Source of the DNA: Candidatus Berkelbacteria bacterium RIFCSPLOWO2_01_FULL_50_28
Lineage (GTDB): Bacteria; Patescibacteriota; UBA1384; 2-12-FULL-50-11
Reading direction: 5' to 3'
NCBI GenBank assembly: GCA_001774395.1
Contig: MEZX01000002.1
Location: 160,753 to 224,752, forward strand
DNA: 64,000 nucleotides
The translations under genes and the position numbers were made by a program. Below, in pieces: positions 36,502-46,505 of the stretch (positions within the stretch are counted from its first letter, which is position 1; the number at the start of each line of letters is the position of its first letter). The notes beneath the pieces are model-generated. The model saw nothing but the letters and a program-made list of their open reading frames with translations, had not been told where the DNA came from and ran no database searches.

Positions 36502-37053
36502 TCACGCGCGACTATCGTACTGGCCGGTTTCGGTATTAACAGTGATTCTGTCGCCGGTTTTGACAAAAAGAGGAACATTCACGGTGGCGCCAGTTTCCAG
36601 CGTTGCGGGCTTCAGAGCGGCGTTGACGGTGTTACCAGAAACGGCTGGTTCGGTGTAGGTTATCTCCATCTCAACTTTTTTGGGTAGCTTAACGTCGATG
36701 ACTTTATCTTGCCAAAAGAGTAGGTCGATCGGCTGGCCTTCTTTAAGAAACTTAAATCGATCTTCAGGCAATTTTACAGCTTCTTGCTCAAAAGTGTCGG
36801 CAATCATCACTTGGGCTAGCTCGCCCTCGCGATAAAGATATGTCGCGGCACTATACTGCAGCGAAGCCTCTTCGACGCGATCGTTACCCTGAAATGTTTG
36901 CTCGAAGATGGCTTGAGTTAGAAGACTGCGCAATTTGCAGTCGAGCTTGGCCTGTCCCCGACCCTGCTTAATATGGTTAACAAAAACTACTTCGTGCGGA
37001 GCGTCACGAAACAAAATTTTCGAGCCAACTTTCACCTGAGCTAGCGAAAGCAT
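36502..37053 (-). CDS. efp: Elongation factor P
   Basis: 183 aa with EF-P sequence throughout (MLSLAQVKVGSKILFRDAPHEVV...KTGDRITVNTETGQY). Confidence 0.9.
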   Translation of the reverse strand: MLSLAQVKVGSKILFRDAPHEVVFVNHIKQGRGQAKLDCKLRSLLTQAIFEQTFQGNDRVEEASLQYSAATYLYREGELAQVMIADTFEQEAVKLPEDRFKFLKEGQPIDLLFWQDKVIDVKLPKKVEMEITYTEPAVSGNTVNAALKPATLETGATVNVPLFVKTGDRITVNTETGQYDSRA

Positions 37054-37057
37054 CTGA

Positions 37058-37267
37058 CTATCGTTTAGCGAGGGGAAGCAACCCCAGGAAGCGGGCTCGT
37101 TTGACGGCCACGGAAAGCTGGCGCTGATACTTGCTCGAAGTGTTGGTCTCCCGGGCGCTTTTTAGTTTGCCCCAACCTGTGAGGTAGCGGCTAAGTAACT
37201 CGGTGTCGCGATAGTCAATTTCTCTGACCTGGTTTTTGGCAAAATAGCAGTCGATTCTTCGTTTCAT
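37058..37267 (-). CDS. rpsR: 30S ribosomal protein S18
   Basis: EIDYRDTELLSRYLTGWGKLKSARETNTSSKYQRQLSVAVKRARFLGLLP. Confidence 0.85.
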   Translation of the reverse strand: MKRRIDCYFAKNQVREIDYRDTELLSRYLTGWGKLKSARETNTSSKYQRQLSVAVKRARFLGLLPLAKR

Positions 37268-37393
37268 TATTGGTTAATTTCCAATTTACAAGTTTCAATT
37301 TTCACTGAATTTTCAATGTTCCAATTTTCAAACTGGTTATTGATTAATTGAGAATTTATTGAAAACTGAGAATTGATCATTGTAAATTTTTGT
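37268..37393. repeat. AT-rich CAATTTW/GAAAATTG repeat array (family member 2)
   Basis: tccaatttacaagtttcaattttcactgaattttcaatgttccaattttcaaactgg...gaaaactgagaattg. Confidence 0.55.
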
Positions 37394-37861
37394 TTAGAAC
37401 GGTATGTCATCCAGGTTAATTTCTTGGTCGTCTTTTTTCTCGTCAGCTTTTTTAGCACTCTTCGATTCCTTGGCTGGGGAGCTGTCGTCCGAAGAAATGT
37501 CGGCGATGGCGCTAACGGTGCTGGCGTCACCCTTTGGTGCTAGCGGAATGAAGTTTTCGGCGACAATTTCGGTACGGCTACGTTTGGCGCCGTCGTTGCC
37601 TTCCCACGAGTTGGTTTGCAGGCGGCCTTCAACGTAAACTTTTTTACCCTTTGAAAGCATCGAGGCGGTTAGCTCACCAAGCCGTCCCCAAGCCGTAATC
37701 TCGTGATATTGAGTATCTTCCTTGATGTTGCCGTCCTTATCCTTCCAGCGACGATTAGTGGCGACGGCAAACGAGCAGACGGTCTGTCCGCTCGGCAGAG
37801 CGCGTGTTTCGGGGTCACGAGTAAGGTTGCCAACGATAGTGGCTCGGTTAAGGCTAAACAT
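37394..37861 (-). CDS. ssb: Single-stranded DNA-binding protein with the C-terminal DDIPF tail
   Basis: NRATIVGNLTRDPETRALPSGQTVCSFAVATNRRWKDKDG...DDIPF; start at MFSLNRATIV (internal Met of track ORF). Confidence 0.9.
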   Translation of the reverse strand: MFSLNRATIVGNLTRDPETRALPSGQTVCSFAVATNRRWKDKDGNIKEDTQYHEITAWGRLGELTASMLSKGKKVYVEGRLQTNSWEGNDGAKRSRTEIVAENFIPLAPKGDASTVSAIADISSDDSSPAKESKSAKKADEKKDDQEINLDDIPF

Positions 37862-38258
37862 CTCGGGGTTTTCTCGATCTTGACGACATCTTTTTCTCTG
37901 GATCTTCGCGCCAGGTGGTAATGATGAAGCGATTGATCCCACTTTCGTGTCGGAACTCCTCAGTCAGAGCGGCAACATCTTTCCGTTCAAGGGTGAAGAA
38001 TACTGAAACTAAATTCAACTGACGTTTTTTGTTGATTGGAAAAGCCAGCGGCTTTGGCCCCAGATCTTCGGCTTTAACAACCTTCGCGCCAGAGGACTTG
38101 ATGTGACCTTCCAGGATGCTTAAGGCCTTGGCGCTGTCTTCTGTGAGAGCGCTCACGAGGTAGAGCTGCTCTTCGCTGGCGTCTTCGATAGTCTCAATTC
38201 TTTCTTCGGTTTTTTCCATTCTAAGCGATATTGTAGCCAACTTACGGTTGATCTTCAA
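37854..38258 (-). CDS. rpsF: 30S ribosomal protein S6 (with a short N-terminal extension; alternative start 38219)
   Basis: KAEDLGPKPLAFPINKKRQLNLVSVFFTLE...FRHESGINRFII resembles the S6 core EDWGRRQLAYPI; sits in the conserved rpsF-ssb-rpsR order. Confidence 0.75.
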   Translation of the reverse strand: MKINRKLATISLRMEKTEERIETIEDASEEQLYLVSALTEDSAKALSILEGHIKSSGAKVVKAEDLGPKPLAFPINKKRQLNLVSVFFTLERKDVAALTEEFRHESGINRFIITTWREDPEKKMSSRSRKPRDV

Positions 38259-38370
38259 CCCCGCACCTAACAGTTGACGGCATTTTTCTCACTTTTGCCT
38301 AACTTGAAACAGTGAAATTTGGAGATATCTGGCTCCCCGAAGCTGTGGGTGATGCCGGGAGAGCAAAAGT

Positions 38371-39309
38371 TCAACTCTTAAGTGCGGGGTCAAGTGCGTC
38401 GCCTCTTTTTGTGTCGTGAAAACGATGATGGGCTTCGCGCAGGCTACGGTCGGTCACGTGGGTGTAAATTTGCGTCGTCGCGACCGACGAGTGGCCAAGC
38501 AGAGCCTGAACCGAGCGAAGGTCGGCGCCGTTTTGCAGCAAGTCGGTGGCAAAGCCGTGACGAAGTTTGTGCGGGGTGACTGGTTTACTCAAGCCGGCTT
38601 TGAGCGCCAGAGTGTGGAGAATGCGCTGGACGGAACGGGCGGTGAGCGATGTTTTGTTGCTGTCGAGACGGCTATTGGTGTAGTGTCTGATGAAAACAAA
38701 GGGGTTGCTATCGCTGCGTGACTCCAAGTAATCGGCCAAAATCTCGAGCGCCTCGTCGGATAAGAATACCGGTCGAACTTTGCCGCCTTTGCCCTTAACT
38801 GAAAATTCGCCTTTCACTAGGCTGACCTCGTTTCTTTTTAGCGCCACCAGCTCGCTGACCCGTAGGCCCGTCGAAAAGAGGGTTTTAACAATGGCCCGGT
38901 CCCGTTTATCGGTTAATCGTTCGCCCGCAATCGCCGCGTTGAGCCGTTCCATATCATCAGCGCTAATAAACTGAATCTGTCGCTGGCCGGTTTTGCTCAA
39001 CGGTATTTTAGCGATCGAAATTACATTGGCTTCCGACATCGAGAGAAACCGTAGCAGCGAGCGCAGGGCAATTAAGTAATAATTTCGGCTGCTCGGCCCA
39101 AGCGGCGGCGTGTGCTTGGTGGCAAGATGCTCTTGAAACTCTAAAATGTCGTCGCCGCCGATTTTCTCAACATCGATTAGTTTGGCTTCAAGTGCCCAGG
39201 CAGAAAAAGAATTTAGGTAGTGCTCGTAATTGCGCAAAGTGTACGGGGAGTAGTTGCGTCCCACTCGGCAGTAGCGCAGGTATTCCTTAACGGCGCGCGT
39301 GATGGTCAT
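38371..39309 (-). CDS. xerC: Tyrosine site-specific recombinase XerC/XerD family
   Basis: C-terminal ...HKLRHGFATDLLQNGADLRSVQALLGHSSVATTQIYTHV (R..HxxR...Y catalytic signature). Confidence 0.9.
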   Translation of the reverse strand: MTITRAVKEYLRYCRVGRNYSPYTLRNYEHYLNSFSAWALEAKLIDVEKIGGDDILEFQEHLATKHTPPLGPSSRNYYLIALRSLLRFLSMSEANVISIAKIPLSKTGQRQIQFISADDMERLNAAIAGERLTDKRDRAIVKTLFSTGLRVSELVALKRNEVSLVKGEFSVKGKGGKVRPVFLSDEALEILADYLESRSDSNPFVFIRHYTNSRLDSNKTSLTARSVQRILHTLALKAGLSKPVTPHKLRHGFATDLLQNGADLRSVQALLGHSSVATTQIYTHVTDRSLREAHHRFHDTKRGDALDPALKS

Positions 39310-39374
39310 TTCTTAATCTTTCCAGTCTGGTTGGTTTTGCTTTGGGCTAAACATTAGCTACACTTTAACACGGA

Positions 39375-39953
39375 ATGTCACTACTGGACTTGGATTACCG
39401 CCTAACCTTTTCGCTTTTTAACTTTGGCAACTCGAGCGAGTTTGTGAAATATCTGTCGCTTGGCTTAGCGGCAGTTTTTGCCTACGGTCTGCCACTGGTT
39501 CTGATCTGGATGTTCTGGCGCGGCGCCAAAAATAGGATTGATAGCATTAAGCTTTTTTTGCTGGGAATTTTTACTTGGAAAATTTTCAACAGTGCCGTTG
39601 GAGCGTATTATTACAACACTTGGGGATTTCGCGATCGGCCCTTTAGCTTAAACGGCACGGTGGAGCTATTTTTTGAACAACCGCAAAAAGCGTTTCCGTC
39701 CGATCACGCCGCGCTGTTACTGGCGGTCACAGCCGGGTTTTTCTTCTATCGCTACCCCAAATTGGGCTGGTGGTTTTTAGCTGGGACAATTCTGAGTAGT
39801 CTAGGACGAATCACGGTAGGATTTCACTACGTAGGAGACATCTTGGCCGGCTGGGTCGTTGGCCTGGTCGCGGCCGCGTTGTTTATCGCTTTAGACAAGC
39901 CGCTGCACCGCACTCTGGAGCGGTTGCTTACGCGAATCGGTCTGCTAAAGTAG
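39375..39953 (+). CDS. PAP2-superfamily membrane phosphatase (PgpB/BcrC-like), 192 aa
   Basis: PAP2 motifs R-P (FRDRPF), PSDHAA and GRITVGFHYVGDILAG. Confidence 0.75.
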   Translation: MSLLDLDYRLTFSLFNFGNSSEFVKYLSLGLAAVFAYGLPLVLIWMFWRGAKNRIDSIKLFLLGIFTWKIFNSAVGAYYYNTWGFRDRPFSLNGTVELFFEQPQKAFPSDHAALLLAVTAGFFFYRYPKLGWWFLAGTILSSLGRITVGFHYVGDILAGWVVGLVAAALFIALDKPLHRTLERLLTRIGLLK

Positions 39954-39971
39954 AGAGGATTTAAGGGGAGG

Positions 39972-40562
39972 ATGAGCGTAACAAGATTAGCTAATTTTAT
40001 TTCGATTGCTGCCAACCCGGTCCTGCTACTGCTAGGGGCGGTAATGGTGGTTATTAACCATTACGTTGACTCAACCGCCACCTTTTGGCATCACAGCGGT
40101 TACGCGGCACTCCTTTTGGTAGCCCCGGGCGGCTTGTACACAATTTATCTCTGGCGAAAGGTTGGCGAAATTGATCTAGATATCTCGAATCGTGAAGATC
40201 GGATTGTACCGATGATGCTAACAATTCTGGGCGCCGTAGTTGGTACAGCGCTACTGGCGCGCAGCCAAACTACGAGCGCAACGCTGGAAACGATGAGTTA
40301 TGTCTTAGTTGCCCTGCTGATTACCCTTACCACCATTACTCTGGTGTGGAAGATTAGCATTCATACTGCCACCCTGTCGGCCCTTGCCACCTTAATGGCC
40401 TATTTTGGTGGGTTGAATTACACCTATTTCTTTATTCTTCTTATTCCAGTTGCTTGGGCACGAACGGTGTTGCACCAACACACAAAAGCCCAGCTTCTGG
40501 GTGGGGCAATCTGGGGGGCTCTCGTCACCTGGATACTGGCCTGGTTTTTCTCCGGCCGCTAG
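39972..40562 (+). CDS. Integral membrane protein (196 aa, about 5 TM helices)
   Basis: Hydrophobic throughout. Confidence 0.5.
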   Translation: MSVTRLANFISIAANPVLLLLGAVMVVINHYVDSTATFWHHSGYAALLLVAPGGLYTIYLWRKVGEIDLDISNREDRIVPMMLTILGAVVGTALLARSQTTSATLETMSYVLVALLITLTTITLVWKISIHTATLSALATLMAYFGGLNYTYFFILLIPVAWARTVLHQHTKAQLLGGAIWGALVTWILAWFFSGR

Positions 40563-40614
40563 AGCAACTTATTACAGGTTCATATATAGTTCTCTTCTGT
40601 AGAGCTCGAACAAC

Positions 40615-41319
40615 GTGTATAAATTAGTTATGGATAGTAACACTACTTTAGTGGCACAACAAGAAGAGTGGAACAAGGTTGTCAAGGACTTGGAAGGCGA
40701 GAATCTGAAACTTGCTTCATATGACAACACCCTCGTTCCCCTTCTTGGCGACTTAACGGATAAGAATGTTCTTGATTATGGGGCTGGGCCAGGCGTTCTA
40801 GCTCTCGGGTTAAAAAAGCTCGGAGCAAAAATTAAAGTATGGGATATAAATCCCGAAATGCGTAAAAAAGCTAGCGGTAAGATCGGGACAGAGAACACTT
40901 ACCAAAACCTAGAAGACATACCACGAGATCACTTTGATTTTATTATTTGTAATCTAGTACTCTGTATTGTCCCCGAGAGTGAGGTTAGGGCTATTATTGG
41001 TAATATAAAAGAACTATTAAACGAAAATGGGCTGTCATATATCGGGTTCTGCAATCCCAAGATATTCGACATCAAAGAATCAAACCTCGACTTCCGCTTC
41101 CCAACTGGTAATAAATACGATGATAATCACGACTATAAAAAGGTCAAGAAAGAAGGTGGCTACGAGATCATTGAGACTCACAGACCAATTGAGTGGTATG
41201 AAAAGGTTTTTGCCGAATCAGGCTTGGAACTAGTTGATACCCACTTCACTCCTGAATACGAGCTCGAAGGCGAAAAGATTCAAGATTTCGTAATCTTCGA
41301 GCTTCGTCGTAAGCCTTAG
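40615..41319 (+). CDS. Class I SAM-dependent methyltransferase (234 aa), low GC
   Basis: Motif I VLDYGAGPGVLALGL. Confidence 0.7.
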   Translation: MYKLVMDSNTTLVAQQEEWNKVVKDLEGENLKLASYDNTLVPLLGDLTDKNVLDYGAGPGVLALGLKKLGAKIKVWDINPEMRKKASGKIGTENTYQNLEDIPRDHFDFIICNLVLCIVPESEVRAIIGNIKELLNENGLSYIGFCNPKIFDIKESNLDFRFPTGNKYDDNHDYKKVKKEGGYEIIETHRPIEWYEKVFAESGLELVDTHFTPEYELEGEKIQDFVIFELRRKP

Positions 41320-41334
41320 CATCTGTTTGCTCGA

Positions 41335-42291
41335 ATGCTCGAACGAGACAGCTACATGACCGATGAGATGCCTGAGCACCTCGAAGCTGACAAAAGTCGG
41401 TTACTAGATTCAATCGATTCAAGACACGAGGGACTCGATATTGAGCAAGTAAATTACTTTCTCGGCTCATACGGACTTAAGCCCAGGGAGTCTGTCATTT
41501 TCTATGATGAAGATATTGACCAGTTAAAAGAGGTACTTCCAGAGGACCGAAGTTTTCAGACGTTTCTGGATGACGCAAGGGGACGCAGATGTGGCGCCTA
41601 CTTTCCAAGATACCAAACATCCCTTCTTCGTCGGCCCAGGGAGTATGAGGCAACGAATGGTCCAGTAGTAACCGAGGGATTCCTGGTTCATGAACTCAGT
41701 CACTCTACGAGCGAACTCGCTAGCTACAAGATAACTGATTTGGGAGATGAAATAGGCATTAGCGTTCCGCGATGTGGACAAAATGTCAGCGGCGAGGGAA
41801 AGAGTTGGGGAAACTTCTTCGAAGAAGGCTTTGCTGAAATGATGAGAGCCGAATATGTAAAAACTTTCCAAGGGGAAGCAGAAAGGGTAAAACTTCTAAC
41901 TCGGCTGGGCAAACCTTCAGAATCAACCCTTGATGCGTCGATACCATCTTCGTACCGAGATCTAACATATTACATTCCACTCAAGTACGCTTATATAACC
42001 CCAGACAACAATAATGTACAAATAAGCGTCACTACAATGGCTGGCATGGGCTTGGAGCTAATATGCAAGAAGGAGCCTCGGCTCTGGAACGCTCTAATCA
42101 GCGCCCGAAAGGAAATGTCAGGACTACGGGAAGTTCCTAAAATTATCAATGGTTTAAAAAGTGGACTCTATACCGACTTAAGAGCACTGGGATATAGCCG
42201 GGAAGATTTCTCTGATGGCTACAAGAAGATTGTAGACAGTCTGTTCGACGGAAAATTAAGCCTAAACGACCAAGGAGATATTAATATTTAG
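41335..42291 (+). CDS. Hypothetical protein with an HExxH (HELSH) zinc-metallopeptidase-like motif, 318 aa, low GC
   Basis: GFLVHELSHSTSEL. Confidence 0.5.
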   Translation: MLERDSYMTDEMPEHLEADKSRLLDSIDSRHEGLDIEQVNYFLGSYGLKPRESVIFYDEDIDQLKEVLPEDRSFQTFLDDARGRRCGAYFPRYQTSLLRRPREYEATNGPVVTEGFLVHELSHSTSELASYKITDLGDEIGISVPRCGQNVSGEGKSWGNFFEEGFAEMMRAEYVKTFQGEAERVKLLTRLGKPSESTLDASIPSSYRDLTYYIPLKYAYITPDNNNVQISVTTMAGMGLELICKKEPRLWNALISARKEMSGLREVPKIINGLKSGLYTDLRALGYSREDFSDGYKKIVDSLFDGKLSLNDQGDINI

Positions 42292-42346
42292 GTGGTCACT
42301 TTGGCTGAAAGCTACAGTTCTAACATCCTCCACGATTCGGAGGTAG

Positions 42347-43459
42347 CTAGATTTCCAAATCTTTGACCGGTTGCTGAATTGGCGTGCTTGACGCTGTGGG
42401 CGGAGCCGGGGGCGCTTGGAACGGCTTGTTCACGTTGACGCTAGGCGGCGGAGGTGGCGGCGGCGGCAGAGACTCTCCTGGTTCAACGATGGTTTTTGGC
42501 GGACTGTCGAAAGTAATAGTTGATCCCGTAGACACAGCTGGAGCCGGTTTTGGCTGGTCAGTAGTAAAAGGCGTGGCCAGCGGGTTGGGAGGCGGGGGGC
42601 CGAGCGGTGGTTTAGGTAATGAGGGAGCCTCTGGTGGTTTAGGAAAAGCGGGGGCTGTAACGTTCGGGCTGCTAGATAAGGTGTTCGGCGCCAAAGCTGG
42701 TGGAACTGTCGGTAGTGGGGGGATGGGTGGTGTTGTAAAGGCCGGTTTCGGTAGCGGCGGTACTGGCGGCGCGTTCACGGGAGGTGTAAACGGTTGAGGC
42801 GCACTGTTGGCGATAGTTGGCGGCATTGGCGGCGGGGTTGGTGTAGGGGCAAACGCCGGTTTCGGTGGTACTAACGGCCAAGCGGCGGCGGCTTTTGGCG
42901 GGGGTACGGCGGCGGGAGCGGAGCTCGGCACTGAGGGGAACGGAAAGGAGGGTCTGACGGTGTCTTGACCGGTCCAAGACGGATCAACTTTTGGTTTTTC
43001 GATAATCTCTTTTGGCGGCTCAGCAGCGGCTGGTGCGATCTTCGGCTCGTAGTTTACTGGTGGGGTATTGGTAGCCGGCGGCGTGCTAGCAACGATAGTC
43101 GCTGGTAAGGCGACAACCGCGACGTTCCCTTGGGATCTCATCCCGTCGTGTATAGGCGCTGGGGCGTTGAAAATCGGCGCTTTTTCTTGTGGCTTTGGTT
43201 CGGGTCTAGATGGCTGATGATTAGACTTGAAAGCCGGTTTAGGTGGCGCAAAACTGGTCGAGTGACTGTCGGAAACACCGTTGCTTCGGCCGATTAATTC
43301 TTCAAGGTAACTAATGTTGACCAGCGCGATTGTTGGCTTACCGCCCTTTGTGAGGACGTACATGCCTTCTTGGGCCGATTCAATATCAGAAACGAGACGA
43401 CTAAAATTGTCTCTTGCGTCAGTTAACGGCACTATTCTGTCGATTGGTACACTAATCAT
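42347..43459 (-). CDS. Phd/YefM-type antitoxin-fold N-terminal domain fused to an approximately 300-aa proline-rich low-complexity region
   Basis: N-terminus ISVPIDRIVPLTDARDNFSRLVSDIESAQEGMYVLTKGGKPTIALVNISYLEELIG, then PPKPAF/PPxP repeats. Confidence 0.6.
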   Translation of the reverse strand: MISVPIDRIVPLTDARDNFSRLVSDIESAQEGMYVLTKGGKPTIALVNISYLEELIGRSNGVSDSHSTSFAPPKPAFKSNHQPSRPEPKPQEKAPIFNAPAPIHDGMRSQGNVAVVALPATIVASTPPATNTPPVNYEPKIAPAAAEPPKEIIEKPKVDPSWTGQDTVRPSFPFPSVPSSAPAAVPPPKAAAAWPLVPPKPAFAPTPTPPPMPPTIANSAPQPFTPPVNAPPVPPLPKPAFTTPPIPPLPTVPPALAPNTLSSSPNVTAPAFPKPPEAPSLPKPPLGPPPPNPLATPFTTDQPKPAPAVSTGSTITFDSPPKTIVEPGESLPPPPPPPPSVNVNKPFQAPPAPPTASSTPIQQPVKDLEI

Positions 43460-43624
43460 CGTTTGCCTCCGGCAAACTCAGAATTCTCACAGTGTTGCAC
43501 TAGATTCGAAATCATCTTCCCCCTTAATACAACGGTAGCCGACCACTAATTTGGTGTCAAATAATACACCCGTAGCGGCTCCAATATATTCAGTTTAGTT
43601 GATAATTAAGGTACAATCGGCAGC

Positions 43625-44902
43625 ATGAGTACACCACGCATTAGCGAACAAACGCTCGGCAACGGACTGAAGGTAGTTGCCATCGATCTGCCCGGATTCC
43701 ATTCCGTTACCAACTTTTTATGCATTCGTAGCGGCTCACGCTACGAAGATCAAACCAACAATGGGGTGGCTCATTTTCTGGAGCACATGGTTTTCAAAGG
43801 TACCGAAAAATTTCCTGACACATTAAGCGTGGCCCAATCGATCGAAGGAATCGGCGGACATTTTAACGCCTGGACTTCCAACGACCATACCGCCTATTGG
43901 AATACCGTGCCGCACGACGAATGGCAGCGCGGGATCGAAGTGCCGTTTGAGCTGGCATTCCGCCCGTTAATGAGAACAACTGATCTGGAGCGCGAACGCG
44001 GGGTGATAGTTGAAGAAATCAGACGCATGCGCGACGAGCCAGCCAGCTACGTTGACGATATTCTGGGTTCGGTACTTTTTCCCGATAGTAGCCTGGGTCT
44101 TTCCGTGATTGGCACAGAAGAGCGCATCAAAAAAATGACCCTGGAACAGTTCCAAGACTACCGCGCCAAATACTATCACAGCGCTCAGAGCGTCTTTGTC
44201 GTTGCGGGCAATCTTCACGGTAAGGATATCTTTGCCGAAGTTGAGAGACTGACCAAAACGCTTCAGTCCAAACCAGTCACCAAGCCCAGTTTCGTTAGCT
44301 CGCCCAGCAGCAAAGCGGTAAAACTTCATACCAAAAAAACCGACCAGACCCATTTTATGCTGGCCGTAACTGACCCAACTTTGGGGCTGCACGGACCCGA
44401 GCAGTACGTGGCGACAATCCTGAACGCCGTGCTGGGCCAGGGAATGAGCTCCAGATTGTTTTTGAACATTCGTGAACGTCAGGGCTTGGCTTACGCCATC
44501 CGATCGTATTTCTCGCCGTTTGAAGACACCGGGGTAATTCAAATTTACGGCGGGGTAAACACCGAAAAAGTCAGCGCCACGCTGACCGCGTTGGAGCACG
44601 AGCTGAGCCGTCTGCAAAACGAGCCGGTTGGCGCCGACGAGCTATCCAAAGCCATCAGGATGGTCACAGGTTCGTACGATTTGACTGCGGATTCTCCGTC
44701 AGAGCTGGCTCGGTGGTACGGTTCAACCCGTTTAATGGGACTTGACGATAACCTTGAGCAGTCAAAGAAAGAGCTTGAAGCGGTGAGCGCCGAGCAGATT
44801 CAGGAGCTTGCGAAAAAAGTCCTGGGCAAAGAACGCCAAGTTATCGCCGTTATCGGGCCGTACGATGACGACGCCCAGTTCCGAAAATTTCTTAACCTCT
44901 AG
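43625..44902 (+). CDS. M16-family (pitrilysin/insulinase-like) zinc peptidase
   Basis: Inverted zinc motif HFLEHMVFKGTEKFP (HxxEH). Confidence 0.85.
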   Translation: MSTPRISEQTLGNGLKVVAIDLPGFHSVTNFLCIRSGSRYEDQTNNGVAHFLEHMVFKGTEKFPDTLSVAQSIEGIGGHFNAWTSNDHTAYWNTVPHDEWQRGIEVPFELAFRPLMRTTDLERERGVIVEEIRRMRDEPASYVDDILGSVLFPDSSLGLSVIGTEERIKKMTLEQFQDYRAKYYHSAQSVFVVAGNLHGKDIFAEVERLTKTLQSKPVTKPSFVSSPSSKAVKLHTKKTDQTHFMLAVTDPTLGLHGPEQYVATILNAVLGQGMSSRLFLNIRERQGLAYAIRSYFSPFEDTGVIQIYGGVNTEKVSATLTALEHELSRLQNEPVGADELSKAIRMVTGSYDLTADSPSELARWYGSTRLMGLDDNLEQSKKELEAVSAEQIQELAKKVLGKERQVIAVIGPYDDDAQFRKFLNL

Positions 44903-44934
44903 GAAACTAACCCAGCCGGTTATATAATCAAGAT

Positions 44935-45450
44935 ATGAGAATTGAGCAGACACTGGTGTTAATTAAACCCGACGCGATTGAGCGATCGCTCGTGGGACGC
45001 GTCATAACTCACTTTGAACAACGGGGGCTAAAATTACTTGGATTGAAAATGCTAGTTGCTTCTAAGGAATTGGCAAAAAGTCATTACGGGGATTTCGTCG
45101 AGCGCTACACCGTAAAGCTAGGCGCCGAGAAGGCTAATAGCATTATGGACGAGATGGTCGGCTTTTTAACTTCCGGCCCGATTATTGCCATGGTTGTTGA
45201 GGGCATTGGCGCTGTGGCCGTGGTCCGAAAAATAGTTGGCTCTACTTACCCCAGTGAAGCAGCCGCCGGAACGATCCGTGGCGATTTTGCCCACGTTTCG
45301 CAGGATTACGCCAACGCCAAGGGTATTACGGTCAAAAATCTTGTGCACGCTTCGGGCTCACCGGAGGAAGCCGAGATTGAAGTGAAGCTGTGGTTTGCCG
45401 AGAGTGAACTAATTCAGTACGACTCAGTTCACGACCGACACGTTCTCTAG
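44935..45450 (+). CDS. ndk: Nucleoside diphosphate kinase
   Basis: TLVLIKPDAIERSLVGRVITHFEQRG...FLTSGPIIAMVVEG...GTIRGDFA...NLVHASGS (catalytic His). Confidence 0.88.
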   Translation: MRIEQTLVLIKPDAIERSLVGRVITHFEQRGLKLLGLKMLVASKELAKSHYGDFVERYTVKLGAEKANSIMDEMVGFLTSGPIIAMVVEGIGAVAVVRKIVGSTYPSEAAAGTIRGDFAHVSQDYANAKGITVKNLVHASGSPEEAEIEVKLWFAESELIQYDSVHDRHVL

Positions 45451-45452
45451 CG

Positions 45453-46502
45453 ATGACGCCGCTTTACCTTGCGGCCGGAGCTGGTTTTATCCTGTCACTA
45501 ATATTGACCAGTTTTCTGATAAAGTTCTCGTGGAGAACTGGCAAGTTTTTGCCGGAAATTCGGCCGCGCGATGTCCATAAAACTCGGGTGCCACGCGTCG
45601 GCGGCGTAGCGATGGTGGCCGCCTTCCTGGTGGTGACACTTGTGATCCTGCTTTTTTGGCCTGACCTGCTGCATTTTAGCTCCAAAAAGATACTTGGCAT
45701 CGATCGTAACCTGTTGGGATTGATTTTGGGCCTGGTGGTTCTAAGCGCGGTCAACCTGGTAGATGATCTGAGGAGCCTGTCGTGGAGAAAAAAGTTGGCG
45801 ACCCAGATTGTGGCTGCGGTGATCGTCGCCCTGTGCGGCATAAAAATACTCTGGCTGGGACAGTACGCCGCTACACCGCTGCTGGCCAGTGTTTACAGCC
45901 TGACGTTTGTGGCCGTGTGGCTGGTGTTTGTTGGTAACGTTGTTAACTGGTTGGATAGCATCAACGGTTTGGCCGGCGGGGTAAGCGTTATCACCCTCGG
46001 AATAGTGATGTTTTTGAGCCTCTCGCTTCGATCTTCACAGCAACCGGTGGCGCTGGTGGCCGCGGTAACTATTGGGGTGACGCTAGCTTTCTTAATTTTT
46101 AACCTGCGCGGTAAGGTCTTCATGGGAGATACCGGATCGTTCTTCTTGGGATTTGTGATCGGCGTGTTGGCAATTATCTCTGGCGGAAAAGTTGCGACCG
46201 CCGGACTAGTTTTAGCAATCCCTTTTCTCGACGCGATGGTGGTGGTAATCACGCGTCTTATCAATCGCCAGTCTCCGTTTTTGCCCGACAACAAACACCT
46301 TACACACCGGTTGATAAATCTCGGTTGGCCGCGCTGGATGATAGTTGGCTTCTACTACATGTTGAGCCTGTCGTTTGGCTTAGTGGCCTTGAATACCCAA
46401 ATGTCGGGTAAACTTCAGGCCACGCTGGTGGCGGCCCTCATAATGGCGACGCTGGTAGTCGGTTACAATGTTGCGTTGCGACGCCGTGGCTGTAAGTATT
46501 AA
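45453..46502 (+). CDS. Polyprenyl-phosphate N-acetylhexosamine-1-phosphate transferase (MraY/WecA/TagO family)
   Basis: NLVDDL, VNWLDSINGLAGG and FMGDTGSFFLGF motifs; 349 aa, multi-TM. Confidence 0.85.
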   Translation: MTPLYLAAGAGFILSLILTSFLIKFSWRTGKFLPEIRPRDVHKTRVPRVGGVAMVAAFLVVTLVILLFWPDLLHFSSKKILGIDRNLLGLILGLVVLSAVNLVDDLRSLSWRKKLATQIVAAVIVALCGIKILWLGQYAATPLLASVYSLTFVAVWLVFVGNVVNWLDSINGLAGGVSVITLGIVMFLSLSLRSSQQPVALVAAVTIGVTLAFLIFNLRGKVFMGDTGSFFLGFVIGVLAIISGGKVATAGLVLAIPFLDAMVVVITRLINRQSPFLPDNKHLTHRLINLGWPRWMIVGFYYMLSLSFGLVALNTQMSGKLQATLVAALIMATLVVGYNVALRRRGCKY

Positions 46503-46505
46503 GTA

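Noticed and set aside
38371-39309. The Xer-family recombinase as the integrase of the cassette island
   Set aside because: It lies 5 kb away beyond efp and rpsF-ssb-rpsR, and has the canonical XerC/D layout and size. It is more likely the chromosomal dimer-resolution recombinase
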